Positions 1 through 10,070 of a stretch of 32,000 bases of DNA are shown piece by piece. The position numbers and the translations under genes are program-made. Every line of letters starts with the position of its first letter. Positions within the stretch are counted from its first letter, which is position 1. A model generated the notes under the pieces. It ran no database searches, was not told the origin of the DNA, and worked only from the letters and a program-made list of their open reading frames with translations. Origin of the DNA: Candidatus Fokinia solitaria (GTDB lineage: Bacteria; Pseudomonadota; Alphaproteobacteria; Rickettsiales; Midichloriaceae); NCBI RefSeq assembly GCF_003072485.1, contig NZ_CP025989.1, positions 510,001-542,000 on the forward strand, written 5' to 3'.

Positions 1-1591
1 CTTGAATAGAGTAAAAAATCGGTATGTCATCAGTTTCATTTTCATCCATACCAAGCGTCAGATAATACAGTCCAAGTATCATATCTTTTGCAGGAGTCAT
101 AATGCACTGTCCATTTGCAGGATTCAGAATATTCTTAGCTGAATGCATCAACAATAATGCTTCAATCTGTGCTTCTATTGTAATAGGTAGATGCACAGCC
201 ATTTGATCTCCGTCGAAATCCGCATTGAATGCAGCGCACACAAGAGGATGAAGTTTAATTGCAACACCTTCGACTAGCACCACTTCAAAAGCTTGTATAC
301 CAAGCCTATGAAGAGTAGGAGCACGATTCAGCAAAACAGGATGATCTCTCACTACTTGAGGTAAGATCTTAATGACCATTGGATCGTGCTTCTGCACCAA
401 GTTTTTTGCTTTTCTAAAAGTCGATACCTTTCCTGATTTCTCGAGTGCCGCTATCAAAAAAGGTTTGAATAATTCTATTGCCATATGGTACGGCAATCCA
501 CATTGATGAAGCTTAAGATTAGGTCCTACAACTATTACTGCACGCCCTGAATAATCGACACGTTTTCCTAAAAGATTTTGTCTAAACCTACCTTGCTTTC
601 CTTTTAGCATATCGGTCAATGATTTTAGAGGTCTTTTAACACTTCTCCCCATTACTCTATTACCCTTATTCTCTATGAGAGTATCAACAGCTTCTTGCAA
701 CATTCTCTTCTCATTGCATACGACAATATCAGGCGCATTAAGATCTAAAAGCTTCTTCAATCTGTTGTTTCTGTTGATCACTCTACGATAAAGCTCGTTT
801 AAATCAGAAGTAGCGAATCTTCCACCTTCTAAAGGAATGAGAGGTCTAAGATCAGGCGGCATCACTGGAAGTACATCTAATACCATAAAAGATGGCGCAT
901 TCTTCGATTCAATAAAATCTTCCACTATCGATAACCGCTTCTTCAATTTTGTTTTCTTCAATTCTGATCCAGTCTGAGATATAGCTTCAAGAATACGATT
1001 TCTCTCATATTTTACATCAATATCAGAAAGCAAGCTTTTTATAACTTCCGCTCCTGTGCCAGCTTTAAACGATCCATCTTCACACTGTCTAGAGGCAATT
1101 TTAAATTCTGCTTCTGAAATTATATCGCCTTTTTTAAGCTGAGTATTAGATGGCTCAAGTACTATATAACTTTCAAAGTATATTATCTTTTCCAAATCTG
1201 ATGGAGAGATATCTAGCAACAATCCTATCCTGCAAGGTAGTGATCTAAAATACCACGTATGAACAACAGGCACTGCTAGTGTAATATGCCCCATTCTGCG
1301 TCTTCTTTCACTTGCAGATGTTACCTCAACTCCACATTTATCACATACTATCACATTGTATTTCATGCCTTTATACTTTCCGCATAAGCACTCATAGTCT
1401 TTGAGAGGGCCAAATATACGCGCACAGAAGAGTCCTCCTAATTCCGGTTTATAACTTCTATAATTTATAGTATCAGGCAAAAGAACTTCTCCATAAGACC
1501 AAGCTAAGACATCACTAGGAGAAGCAAGCGTTACATGTACACTATTAAAATCAGTTCTACTGAACATACCTATATTTTGTGATGTATACAT
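1..1591 (-). CDS. rpoC: DNA-directed RNA polymerase subunit beta' (N-terminal part, runs off left edge)
   Basis: Reverse strand translates as [75 protein letters not shown]...[10 protein letters not shown] (Zn ribbon), and near the left end carries the catalytic [12 protein letters not shown] and [18 protein letters not shown]. It lies directly downstream of rpoB. The supplied ORF track omits it, probably because it is incomplete. Confidence 0.97.
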   Translation of the reverse strand, partial: MYTSQNIGMFSRTDFNSVHVTLASPSDVLAWSYGEVLLPDTINYRSYKPELGGLFCARIFGPLKDYECLCGKYKGMKYNVIVCDKCGVEVTSASERRRRMGHITLAVPVVHTWYFRSLPCRIGLLLDISPSDLEKIIYFESYIVLEPSNTQLKKGDIISEAEFKIASRQCEDGSFKAGTGAEVIKSLLSDIDVKYERNRILEAISQTGSELKKTKLKKRLSIVEDFIESKNAPSFMVLDVLPVMPPDLRPLIPLEGGRFATSDLNELYRRVINRNNRLKKLLDLNAPDIVVCNEKRMLQEAVDTLIENKGNRVMGRSVKRPLKSLTDMLKGKQGRFRQNLLGKRVDYSGRAVIVVGPNLKLHQCGLPYHMAIELFKPFLIAALEKSGKVSTFRKAKNLVQKHDPMVIKILPQVVRDHPVLLNRAPTLHRLGIQAFEVVLVEGVAIKLHPLVCAAFNADFDGDQMAVHLPITIEAQIEALLLMHSAKNILNPANGQCIMTPAKDMILGLYYLTLGMDENETDDIPIFYSIQ

Positions 1592-1632
1592 GATGAATAA
1601 ATATTAAATGATAAAAGAAAAAGATTGTAAGT

Positions 1633-4600
1633 TTATGATTTTACTTCAACATCATCCTTTCTTATTTCTACGTCCTTTATTTTTGTATATGTGCCACGAG
1701 ATTGAAATCCTTCATCATAAGATAGCTTTACATGTAATCCAAGAGATCTCATCTCGCTTAAAAGGATGTAGCTAGATTCAGGCATAATAGTACAATAACT
1801 CATTGCACGTATATGCTCCATAAGCTTACATATATCTCTAAATGCAGCATTACGTCCATCCACAGAATCCGATTTGATCGTTAGCATCTCATATAAATTA
1901 TATGCAGCACCATATCCTTCTAATGCCCACACCTCCATTTCTCCTAAACGCTGTCCTCCTCCTTTAGCTTTTCCTCCTAGAGGTTGCTGTGTTATACACG
2001 CATGAGGTCCTGTAGCTCTGACATGATACTTCTCTTCACTTAAATGGTGTAATTTCAGCATATACAGTACACCAACAGTTATTTCCATCTCAAAATATTC
2101 TCCAGTCTTTCCATCTCTTAATCTTACTTGTCCAGAGGTACTAACTCCACAATCTTTGAGAAGAGTATCAACGTCATGCTCTTTTACACCGTCAAATATA
2201 GGGGTGGCAATAGGAATGCCATTACACATATCCTTTGTCAATTTCACTAAACTATCAGCAGATAAACTTCTTAATACCTTTACTATAGAAGAAGGTGAAT
2301 AACATCTCTCATTCTGCTTTATAGCATCAGCAACAGCTTCACATGAGCTTGAGTTTACACTCTCTACATCAGAAATAAGCCCCCAGCTCGTACTTAAGTG
2401 CTTTTCCTTTTCTCCTTGTTGCTCTTCTTTTTCAAGATTTCCTAGATAGAAATCTATCACAGTATCCCTCAATTTTTCTACATCTTCAAAATTTAAATGA
2501 GAGGCAATTGCTTTTTCTCTTAAAGATTTTATCTTTGCACCGAGAGCAGCTAATCCTCCTCCTAATGTTACCTCCCATATTTGCCCTATATTCATCCTAG
2601 AAGGGATACCAAGCGGACTTAAAATAATATCGATTTTTGAGCCATCTTCCATAATAGGCATATCTTCTTCAGGCACTATAATTGATACAACGCCTTTATT
2701 TCCATGTCTTCCAGCCATCTTATCACCTACGCGCAATCTACGTTTTATCATCACGTAAATTTTAATCACTTTCAGATCTTCAGAATGTAAAGTATCATCT
2801 TCATTGATTTGCGCTATGCGTGTATCAAAATCAGATTTCAACTTCTCTTTTTTTATAGAAAGTACATCTTTTAAATTACTTAATTTAGCAGTTACAACGT
2901 CATCTGCTACATCTATATCGAACCATTTTTCTTTATCTAAAGCATTCAAAGTATCCTGCGTTACCACTTTGCCGGAACTTTTATTAATTTCTTGTCCTAA
3001 AATTGTGCTTTTCAGTTCATCGTAAACAAATTCCTCAAGTAATCTCACATACTCTTGATATTCTCTTGTAGCATCATTGATCGCTTTACATCTCATAATG
3101 GATAATTCATCATCTGAATCTGCGCCCTTTTTCACAAAGATCTCTACGCCTATTACTACACCTCTTACGCCGAAAGATGTTCTCAAAGAAGAATCTCTAA
3201 CATCTGATGATTTCGCACCAAAAATCGCTCTCAACAATTTTTCTTCTGGAGTGACTGGTGACTCAGGCTGTGGAGTGACTTTTCCAACTAGTATCATATT
3301 ATCAGTATCAATAACACAACCAGGCATTACAACTCCATACTCATCTAGATGACTAATGAGACTTTCCGGTACATTAGGAAGATCTCGCGTTACGCGTTCA
3401 GGGCCTAATCTTGTATCTCTTACAATGCATTCTATTTTCTCTATATGGAAAGAAGTAAAGTAATCATCTCTTACTATTCTTTCAGATACTATGATAGCAT
3501 CCTCGTAATTCCAACCATACCAACTCATATATGCGACCTTCACATTCATGCCGAGGGCAAGGTGTCCGTATTCAGTACAGCAATCAACTAAGACACTACC
3601 TTTTACTACAAAATCACCTAACTTTACTGTAGGTTTCTGATTATAGCATGTAGATTGATTACTACGCAGATACTTATTTAAGTTATAAATATCAAAATCA
3701 GTCTGATGCCCTTCTCTTACTCTTCTTATGATAATCTTAACAGAATCAACATAAACTACCACGCCAGATTCTTTAGCTTTTATCATCATATCAGAACTTT
3801 GTGCAACTGCCTTTTCCATACCAGTACCTATGAGAGGCGCTTGAGGACGCATCAAAGGTACTGCTTGCCGTAGCATATTAGAAGCAGTCAACGCTCTCAC
3901 AGCATCGCAATTTTCGATAAAAGGTATGAGAGAAGCTGAAACTGAAACGTGTTGCTTTGAAGCAATTTCCATATATTTTGGAATACCCTTTTCTACATAT
4001 ACCCTAGCACCGTTAAATCTGCATTCTACAGTAGAATTCACAAATTCATTACTATCATTAAGCGGCTCTGTTGCTTGCACTATAAGAGTATCGATATCTT
4101 CCAATGCGGATAAATACTCTATCTCATCTGTCGCAACTCCATTCACTACTTTACGATAAGGCGCTTCTAAAAAGCCATGACGACCTACTCTTGCATATAA
4201 AGCTAAATTATTGATGAGACCGATGTTCTTACCTTCAGGAGTTTCTATAGAACATATACGCGAATAATACGTTCTATGCGCATCCCTTGCAGAACCAGGA
4301 GCATTATCATGAGTAAGCCCTCCAGGTCCTAAGCATGAAACGCGTCTTTTTTCACTGATACTCGATAATATATTAGTTTGCGCCATGTAATTGCATAGCA
4401 CGGAAAGATTAAAGAACTCAAATAGCATTAGTGAAAGAAATTTATAATTCACTAATTCATAGGGATTGAAAGCTTCAATATTATCAATAGATGACATTTT
4501 ATCTAAGATACTCTTTCTCATCCTAGCTAAATTTGATGAACACTGCGCTTCAAAAAGATCAGCAACTCTTCTTACACGTCTATTACCTAAGTTATCTTGA

Positions 4601-5970
4601 TCATCTGGAGTACCGCCATTATCCATGAAGTAACACAATTTCTTTACCACAGCGATGATATCTTCAACAGTAAGATGATGAACATTTATCGGAATCTCAG
4701 TTTTATTAGTGAGATTCATTTTCATTCTACCAACATCCGATAAATCATATCCGTACTTCTCAGAAAAGAACATGTCATGCAACAGATTAGCACCGGATTC
4801 TGGCATCATTTCTCCAGGTTTTAAAATACGATAAGCTTGCACTATAGCTTCTTCTGTATCTTTTGCTGGATCAGAAACTACTGTGTCTCTTATGTAATAT
4901 CCTCCACCAGGATTAGGTACTGCGATTAAAGTGAAATTTCTTCCTCCTTTCAACTTCTCTATCTCATCTAAAATCTCTACTGTTACTCGACTACCTGCTT
5001 CTACAAGTACATCACCATCATCATCAAGTACATCGTACATGAAATACCTTCCTTCGAGACTTTGAGAAGAGAAAATACAGTATAACCTACCTTTTCTTTG
5101 CTCGCAATTTTCTATCACTTTAGGCGAGATTCTATCGCCCGCTTTTAAAAAATCTTCTCCACTTACGAGATCGAATACAGCGAAATTTAGCACTCTATTT
5201 CTGTATTCTAGATGATTAAAGCTTTTACGCCACATACCTGCAGCGTGATATTCACAACACTCTTTATCATAAAAGATCTCAAATATCTGTGTTGTGCTAA
5301 AATTCAAAGCTCTGAATAAGGTAGTAAGATGAAATTTTCTGCCTTTTTCACTCTTACACATTATAATACCACTCGCTTTGAACTCTATTGTAAGCCAAAA
5401 ACCAGAGCGTGGCACTATTACAACAGAATACAGGTATCTTCCGCTTGGATTACTTTTTCCTTCATCATGAGTATATAATACGCCTGGAGATCGATGTAAT
5501 TGCAATATTACTACTTTTTCTACTCCATTTATTACAAATGAACCACTTTCAGTAATGAGAGGTATGTCTCCTACATATACTTCTTGCTCGGTAATACTTT
5601 TTATTTCTCTTCCAGTTTCTTTTTTCTCCCAAGTAACTAATCGCAATTTTACGATTAAAGCGCCGGAATACGAAGTATTACCGCGTCTCTTACACTCTTG
5701 AGGAGAATATTTTGAAGGATTAATCCTATATCCCATATATTCTAGAGTAGCATTACCTTCATTACTCTCTATAGAAAAGATAGCACGTAGCAATTTCTCA
5801 AGTCCTATATTTTCTCTTTGCTCTGATGCGAGATTCAACTGCAAAAAGTCACGATAAGAATCTATTTGAGTAGATATCAAATCGTTCTCACCAAAAACAT
5901 CACTAAAGCATGTACGACCGTAAAATTTACGTAATCTTGCGAATTCAGCAAGTAAAAATGTATCTTTCAT
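1633..5970 (-). CDS. rpoB: DNA-directed RNA polymerase subunit beta
   Basis: 1445 aa containing QLHRSPGV, LGPGGLT, CSIETPEGKNIGLINNL, TPEEKLLRAIFG, GDKMAGRHGNKGVVS, GIPSRMNIGQI and QQPLGGKAKGGGQRLGEMEVWALEGYGAA. Confidence 0.98.
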   Translation of the reverse strand: MKDTFLLAEFARLRKFYGRTCFSDVFGENDLISTQIDSYRDFLQLNLASEQRENIGLEKLLRAIFSIESNEGNATLEYMGYRINPSKYSPQECKRRGNTSYSGALIVKLRLVTWEKKETGREIKSITEQEVYVGDIPLITESGSFVINGVEKVVILQLHRSPGVLYTHDEGKSNPSGRYLYSVVIVPRSGFWLTIEFKASGIIMCKSEKGRKFHLTTLFRALNFSTTQIFEIFYDKECCEYHAAGMWRKSFNHLEYRNRVLNFAVFDLVSGEDFLKAGDRISPKVIENCEQRKGRLYCIFSSQSLEGRYFMYDVLDDDGDVLVEAGSRVTVEILDEIEKLKGGRNFTLIAVPNPGGGYYIRDTVVSDPAKDTEEAIVQAYRILKPGEMMPESGANLLHDMFFSEKYGYDLSDVGRMKMNLTNKTEIPINVHHLTVEDIIAVVKKLCYFMDNGGTPDDQDNLGNRRVRRVADLFEAQCSSNLARMRKSILDKMSSIDNIEAFNPYELVNYKFLSLMLFEFFNLSVLCNYMAQTNILSSISEKRRVSCLGPGGLTHDNAPGSARDAHRTYYSRICSIETPEGKNIGLINNLALYARVGRHGFLEAPYRKVVNGVATDEIEYLSALEDIDTLIVQATEPLNDSNEFVNSTVECRFNGARVYVEKGIPKYMEIASKQHVSVSASLIPFIENCDAVRALTASNMLRQAVPLMRPQAPLIGTGMEKAVAQSSDMMIKAKESGVVVYVDSVKIIIRRVREGHQTDFDIYNLNKYLRSNQSTCYNQKPTVKLGDFVVKGSVLVDCCTEYGHLALGMNVKVAYMSWYGWNYEDAIIVSERIVRDDYFTSFHIEKIECIVRDTRLGPERVTRDLPNVPESLISHLDEYGVVMPGCVIDTDNMILVGKVTPQPESPVTPEEKLLRAIFGAKSSDVRDSSLRTSFGVRGVVIGVEIFVKKGADSDDELSIMRCKAINDATREYQEYVRLLEEFVYDELKSTILGQEINKSSGKVVTQDTLNALDKEKWFDIDVADDVVTAKLSNLKDVLSIKKEKLKSDFDTRIAQINEDDTLHSEDLKVIKIYVMIKRRLRVGDKMAGRHGNKGVVSIIVPEEDMPIMEDGSKIDIILSPLGIPSRMNIGQIWEVTLGGGLAALGAKIKSLREKAIASHLNFEDVEKLRDTVIDFYLGNLEKEEQQGEKEKHLSTSWGLISDVESVNSSSCEAVADAIKQNERCYSPSSIVKVLRSLSADSLVKLTKDMCNGIPIATPIFDGVKEHDVDTLLKDCGVSTSGQVRLRDGKTGEYFEMEITVGVLYMLKLHHLSEEKYHVRATGPHACITQQPLGGKAKGGGQRLGEMEVWALEGYGAAYNLYEMLTIKSDSVDGRNAAFRDICKLMEHIRAMSYCTIMPESSYILLSEMRSLGLHVKLSYDEGFQSRGTYTKIKDVEIRKDDVEVKS

Positions 5971-6029
5971 CCTGAAAATTCAATTCATTTCATTAAAATC
6001 TTGCACCATTACCAAATCACGAAAGTCCA

Positions 6030-7595
6030 TTAAGAAGCGTCAGAATTTTTAAAAATAGAAAAATAAGTCTTCTGCCTAGCTTTAGTGACTACAACATCTA
6101 ACAACTCTTTTCTTATATCAAACCCTTTAGCATTGCACATCTCGTATAATTCGTCGCTAGAATAAGGTGCAATTCTAGCTAAAGAACTTAATCTAAGACG
6201 CGCGAACGCTCTTATCATCATCTGCTTCTCCTTTGCCAACGCATCAGAGGTAACACCTGGAACATCACTCATAGTAGCTTGAGAACTTTTATCTTCCTCA
6301 AGATCTGCATAACTCTCTGCGCCAAGCTGAATTGCCAAATTAGCACGAGAAATCAATTCTTCTGCAATTTCAGTATCTTCTCCTACCACCACACTTAAAT
6401 CAGACACACTTGTTTCTGCAATTTTCTCGACTGTATTCAATTTTTCAGATATCAAGACCTGCGCAAGTATCATATCTATATCTAACCTCTTTTGAAGAAT
6501 TAAAGAGTCTTTTTTAGTTTTATTATAAGCATCTGAAATTAAATCTTGCTCTGTCATAACTTCAATTCTCATTCCTATAAGCATTGACAAAAGCCTCACA
6601 TTCTGACCATTTCTTCCTATTACTTCATGCACTACTCCAGAACCTACTACAATTTTCACTACATCTTCATCTTCACTAAAAGAAACTTTTTGTGGCACAA
6701 CTGGCGCAATCGCATTCAGCACCATTTCTCTCATATCATCTGAATATAATATGAAATCTATCTTTTCTCCTCCTAATTCAGCCATCACAGCTTTTACGCG
6801 CGCACCTTTTATACCGATACAAGCCCCTACTGGATTTATAGAAGAAACACTAGAATATAATACAACTTTTGAACGAGAACCCGCTTCTCTAGCAATCTTT
6901 ACAATGCGTATAGTGCCACTATAAATCTCTGCGACTTCTCTGTGCAACAGCTGCTCTAGAAAAGTATCGGAAGTTCTTGATAGAATTAACTGAGGCTCTT
7001 CATCTTGAGATTGCTTCACCTCTACCAACACAGCTTTTACTTTCGCACCATGTACAAAATTATCTTGCCGTAGCTGATGATTATGAGGAATAACTGCTAA
7101 CACTCCATTAGCTAACTTGATTACTACCGCAGCACGCTCGACTCTTTCTACTACTCCAGAAAACATTTCTCCAATTTTCTCACTATACTCTTCAAGCTCT
7201 CTTTCTGCTTCTATTTTCCTTATTTTCGACACAAGAGCGGTACGCGCTTTAGAGATAATTGATGGCTCAATATCAATCATTGGCACCTCTTCTAAAATCT
7301 TATCGCCAACCTCCACAGTATGTCCATTTTTCTTAGCTTCAGAAATTGATATCACATCTACAGCACCGTCTTGTAATGCGGCTGCTGCATCTTCATCACT
7401 TACCACTTCCGTCACTCGATATAGAGAACTCTGTCCCGTTTTTCTATCAAAATGACATTTAAATTTATGAGTACCGTATTTACTGCACATCACATCCTCT
7501 ATCGTCTGCTCCAGCATCTCAAAAAGCAGACCTACTGGCATACTCTTTTCTCTTGACACATACTGAATTACCTGCAATATCCCGGATTCCTTCAT
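6030..7595 (-). CDS. nusA: Transcription termination/antitermination protein NusA
   Basis: 521 aa. NusA N-terminal domain, S1-like segment (FSGVVERVERAAVVIKLANGVLAVIPHNHQL), and KH segments (GACIGIKGARVKAVMAELGGEKIDFILYSDD; VIGRNGQNVRLLSMLIGMRIEVMTE). Confidence 0.93.
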   Translation of the reverse strand: MKESGILQVIQYVSREKSMPVGLLFEMLEQTIEDVMCSKYGTHKFKCHFDRKTGQSSLYRVTEVVSDEDAAAALQDGAVDVISISEAKKNGHTVEVGDKILEEVPMIDIEPSIISKARTALVSKIRKIEAERELEEYSEKIGEMFSGVVERVERAAVVIKLANGVLAVIPHNHQLRQDNFVHGAKVKAVLVEVKQSQDEEPQLILSRTSDTFLEQLLHREVAEIYSGTIRIVKIAREAGSRSKVVLYSSVSSINPVGACIGIKGARVKAVMAELGGEKIDFILYSDDMREMVLNAIAPVVPQKVSFSEDEDVVKIVVGSGVVHEVIGRNGQNVRLLSMLIGMRIEVMTEQDLISDAYNKTKKDSLILQKRLDIDMILAQVLISEKLNTVEKIAETSVSDLSVVVGEDTEIAEELISRANLAIQLGAESYADLEEDKSSQATMSDVPGVTSDALAKEKQMMIRAFARLRLSSLARIAPYSSDELYEMCNAKGFDIRKELLDVVVTKARQKTYFSIFKNSDAS

Positions 7596-7721
7596 ATTTC
7601 TAGAGGAGGCATTTAGAATTACGAATCGTTTTGTCTCACTCGCGAGAAAACAACTATGCTAAAGACCTTACATTAGATCGTGTGATAATTTCAACAAAAA
7701 TATTCGCATCACAAGCATTTA

Positions 7722-8717
7722 TTACTTTTTATCCTTACTATTGTTAAAGAACACTTCTGATACATACCTAAAACCTTTCTCTCCTCTCTTTACTTGAATT
7801 ATCACGTCTATAACATTTTTAATATACATTGTAATATCATTTACACTCATTTCTACACCACTTTGCATCACCATCAATGTTAGCTGCGATATAGCCATAG
7901 CAGGAGAATCTGCGTGAAGAGTAGCAATAGATCCCGGATGTCCCGTGTTAATTGCTCTTAAGTAGTCAAATGCTTCGCTACCTCTCAATTCTCCTACTAT
8001 TATCCTATCTGGACGCAATCTCAAACAAGCTTCTATTAGATTCTTTATTGTCACATTTGCTCTACCTTGACCACCTTTTGAAGCTATAAGATGCAATCTA
8101 TTTTCATGTAATGGCAATGAAATTTCCCTTGCATCTTCGCATGTAATTAATCTTTCATTAGCTGGAATCTCTTGTAAAAGCGCATTTGTGAAAGTAGTTT
8201 TTCCCGTTGATGTACCGCCACTGACGATAATATTTTTTTTATAACTTACAGCTTTTCTTAAAAAGAATTTTATCTCTCCATTATCAAGATGTGACTGTAG
8301 CTCACTTAAATATGGATCTTTTACTTGCTTTGTTGCTGCTTGCTGAAACATTCCAGCTTTCTCGTACTTCTCAAGAGTAAAATTCATACCTGAGGGCTTT
8401 CTTATGGAAATTCCGATAGTACCTATTTCAGCAGCGGGCGGTATTACTATCTGCACACGAAATCCATTAGGAAGAGTAGCAGATAAAATTGGTTGCTCTT
8501 CACTTATTTTTTGTTCAGTAAAACTTGCTATCAACGTTGTTAATCCTCTTAAATGAGTTTCGTTAAGCTCAGGAATTAACTCTTTGTATAGTTCTCCTCT
8601 TTTCTCAATCCATGCTTCACCATACTTATTAATGGATATCTCGCTTACACCATCTTGTGAGAAAATATTTTCAAGAGGCATGAGATAAGTCTCCAATGCC
8701 GTAATTTTAGCAGGCAT
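7722..8717 (-). CDS. virB11: Type IV secretion system ATPase VirB11
   Basis: 331 aa with Walker A GGTSTGKTTFTNALL, Asp box ITCEDAREI, RLRPDRIIVGELRGSEAFDYLRAINTGHPGSIATLHADSP and VIDVIIQVKR. Confidence 0.93.
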   Translation of the reverse strand: MPAKITALETYLMPLENIFSQDGVSEISINKYGEAWIEKRGELYKELIPELNETHLRGLTTLIASFTEQKISEEQPILSATLPNGFRVQIVIPPAAEIGTIGISIRKPSGMNFTLEKYEKAGMFQQAATKQVKDPYLSELQSHLDNGEIKFFLRKAVSYKKNIIVSGGTSTGKTTFTNALLQEIPANERLITCEDAREISLPLHENRLHLIASKGGQGRANVTIKNLIEACLRLRPDRIIVGELRGSEAFDYLRAINTGHPGSIATLHADSPAMAISQLTLMVMQSGVEMSVNDITMYIKNVIDVIIQVKRGEKGFRYVSEVFFNNSKDKK

Positions 8718-8909
8718 TTCAATAAAACAGAGTACTTTCTCTTAATTTTAGCGAAAAAAGTTAAAATAACAATCCGTCTCGCGATAGATAAATTAAAACT
8801 AAACTTAATATACGATGCAATATACATTACAAATCACATATTTACGCTTTGCATTGTAAGGATTTTGATAGTAAAATTCCGTATAAAAAAACAACAAATT
8901 TCGCTTACA

Positions 8910-9398
8910 ATGGAGCCAATAAAATACGGGTCGATATATTCTAACTTGATGAGACTAATTGTGATGGATGTCGTGAAAACTCTAGCTTCCGCACCTACAA
9001 CTTACCACTTTTGTATAGTGATAGCCTTTGATACAAAGAGTTATGGAGTAGTTCTCTCAGAAAGACTTAGAACACAATATCCTAGAGAAATGGCTGTAAT
9101 TCTACAGCATCAATTCGAAGACTTGAAGGTGACGTACGAAGCGATCTCCGTAACTCTTTCTTTCAATGGTGTGAAGGAGAACATTTCTATACCATTTTCT
9201 TCCCTTATAAGATTTGAAGATAAAGTTGCAAATTTCTCTATAGATTTTGATAAGCTACTAGCTGTGCAAAATATACCGCAAACAGAACTATTTGGAGAGA
9301 AGGAAGATGTACACGAAAAGTATAAAAACATCGAGCACAGAATTGAAGAGAATGTCTTAGTACTCGATGGAAGAGATATATTCTCACACGCGAGGTAA
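8910..9398 (+). CDS. sspB: Alphaproteobacterial SspB-type ClpXP adaptor (start trimmed from 8865)
   Basis: The pattern I(K)YGSIYSNLMRLIVMDVVK..., HFCIVIAFDT...GVVLSERLRTQYPREMAVILQHQFEDLKVTYEAISVTLSFNGVKENISIPFSSLIRFEDKVANFSIDF matches the alphaproteobacterial SspB/stringent starvation B family. Confidence 0.85.
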   Translation: MEPIKYGSIYSNLMRLIVMDVVKTLASAPTTYHFCIVIAFDTKSYGVVLSERLRTQYPREMAVILQHQFEDLKVTYEAISVTLSFNGVKENISIPFSSLIRFEDKVANFSIDFDKLLAVQNIPQTELFGEKEDVHEKYKNIEHRIEENVLVLDGRDIFSHAR

Positions 9399-9421
9399 AA
9401 TCAACAGATCTGAAATAAACT

Positions 9422-9988
9422 TCAATCCATCTCGGAATACTTTTTATCCAACAGTTTATCTATTTGCTCTACATACTCATCTGTCATCTTCTGTACTCTT
9501 TTCGAAGAATCTTTTACAGCATTTTCATCAATTACTTTCTCTTTTTCTAGATTCTTCAGAACGTCTAAGGCGTATCTTCTTACATTTCTGATCGCGATCT
9601 TTTGACTTTCTGCATATGAAGCGGCTTTTTTCTTAAGCTGCTCTCGCATTTCTACTGATAATTCTGGAATATTTATCTTCAAAGTACTTCCTTCAGTTCT
9701 AGGATTGAGTCCTATATTTGCATCGACAATCGCTTTCTCTACTTTACTTACTACGCTGTCATCCCAAACTTTTACTAATAACACTCTCGCTTCTGCAACG
9801 GATACATTAGCAAGTTGATTGATTGGCATTTTACCACCATATGCATCAACTTGTATATTCTCCACCATACCAGGAGTAGCGCGTCCTACTCGTAATCCTC
9901 CTAGCAATTCTTTATACTTCTCAATCGCCCCTTCCATTTTCCTCGCCATATCGGCAAAAAGAGCACTTATTTCTTCTACACTTAACAT
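9422..9988 (-). CDS. frr: Ribosome recycling factor (ORF track calls start at 10090; likely real start is the internal MLSVEEI Met)
   Basis: KYKELLGGLRVGRATPGMVENIQVDAYGGKMPINQLANVSVAEARVLLVKVWD...GLNPRTEGSTLKINIPELSVEMREQLKK; canonical RRF. Confidence 0.95.
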   Translation of the reverse strand: MLSVEEISALFADMARKMEGAIEKYKELLGGLRVGRATPGMVENIQVDAYGGKMPINQLANVSVAEARVLLVKVWDDSVVSKVEKAIVDANIGLNPRTEGSTLKINIPELSVEMREQLKKKAASYAESQKIAIRNVRRYALDVLKNLEKEKVIDENAVKDSSKRVQKMTDEYVEQIDKLLDKKYSEMD

Positions 9989-10070
9989 TTTAGCATGCTT
10001 ACGTTGAATTATTAACATAATACAGCTATCTATAGCGGCGTATTTTAGCAACAAGAATTTTCTCTTATTT

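Noticed and set aside
2804-4159. Plus-strand ORFs of 73-91 aa inside rpoB
   Set aside because: Antisense shadow ORFs overlapping conserved rpoB coding sequence, with no independent motif or Shine-Dalgarno support.
7117-7455. 112-aa plus-strand ORF inside nusA
   Set aside because: Ser/Thr-rich antisense shadow of a well-supported CDS.
8645-9591. Short ORFs 8645..8827(-), 9110..9331(-) and 9367..9591(+)
   Set aside because: They overlap or abut the supported virB11, sspB and frr genes with mostly out-of-frame sequence and no recognisable family.
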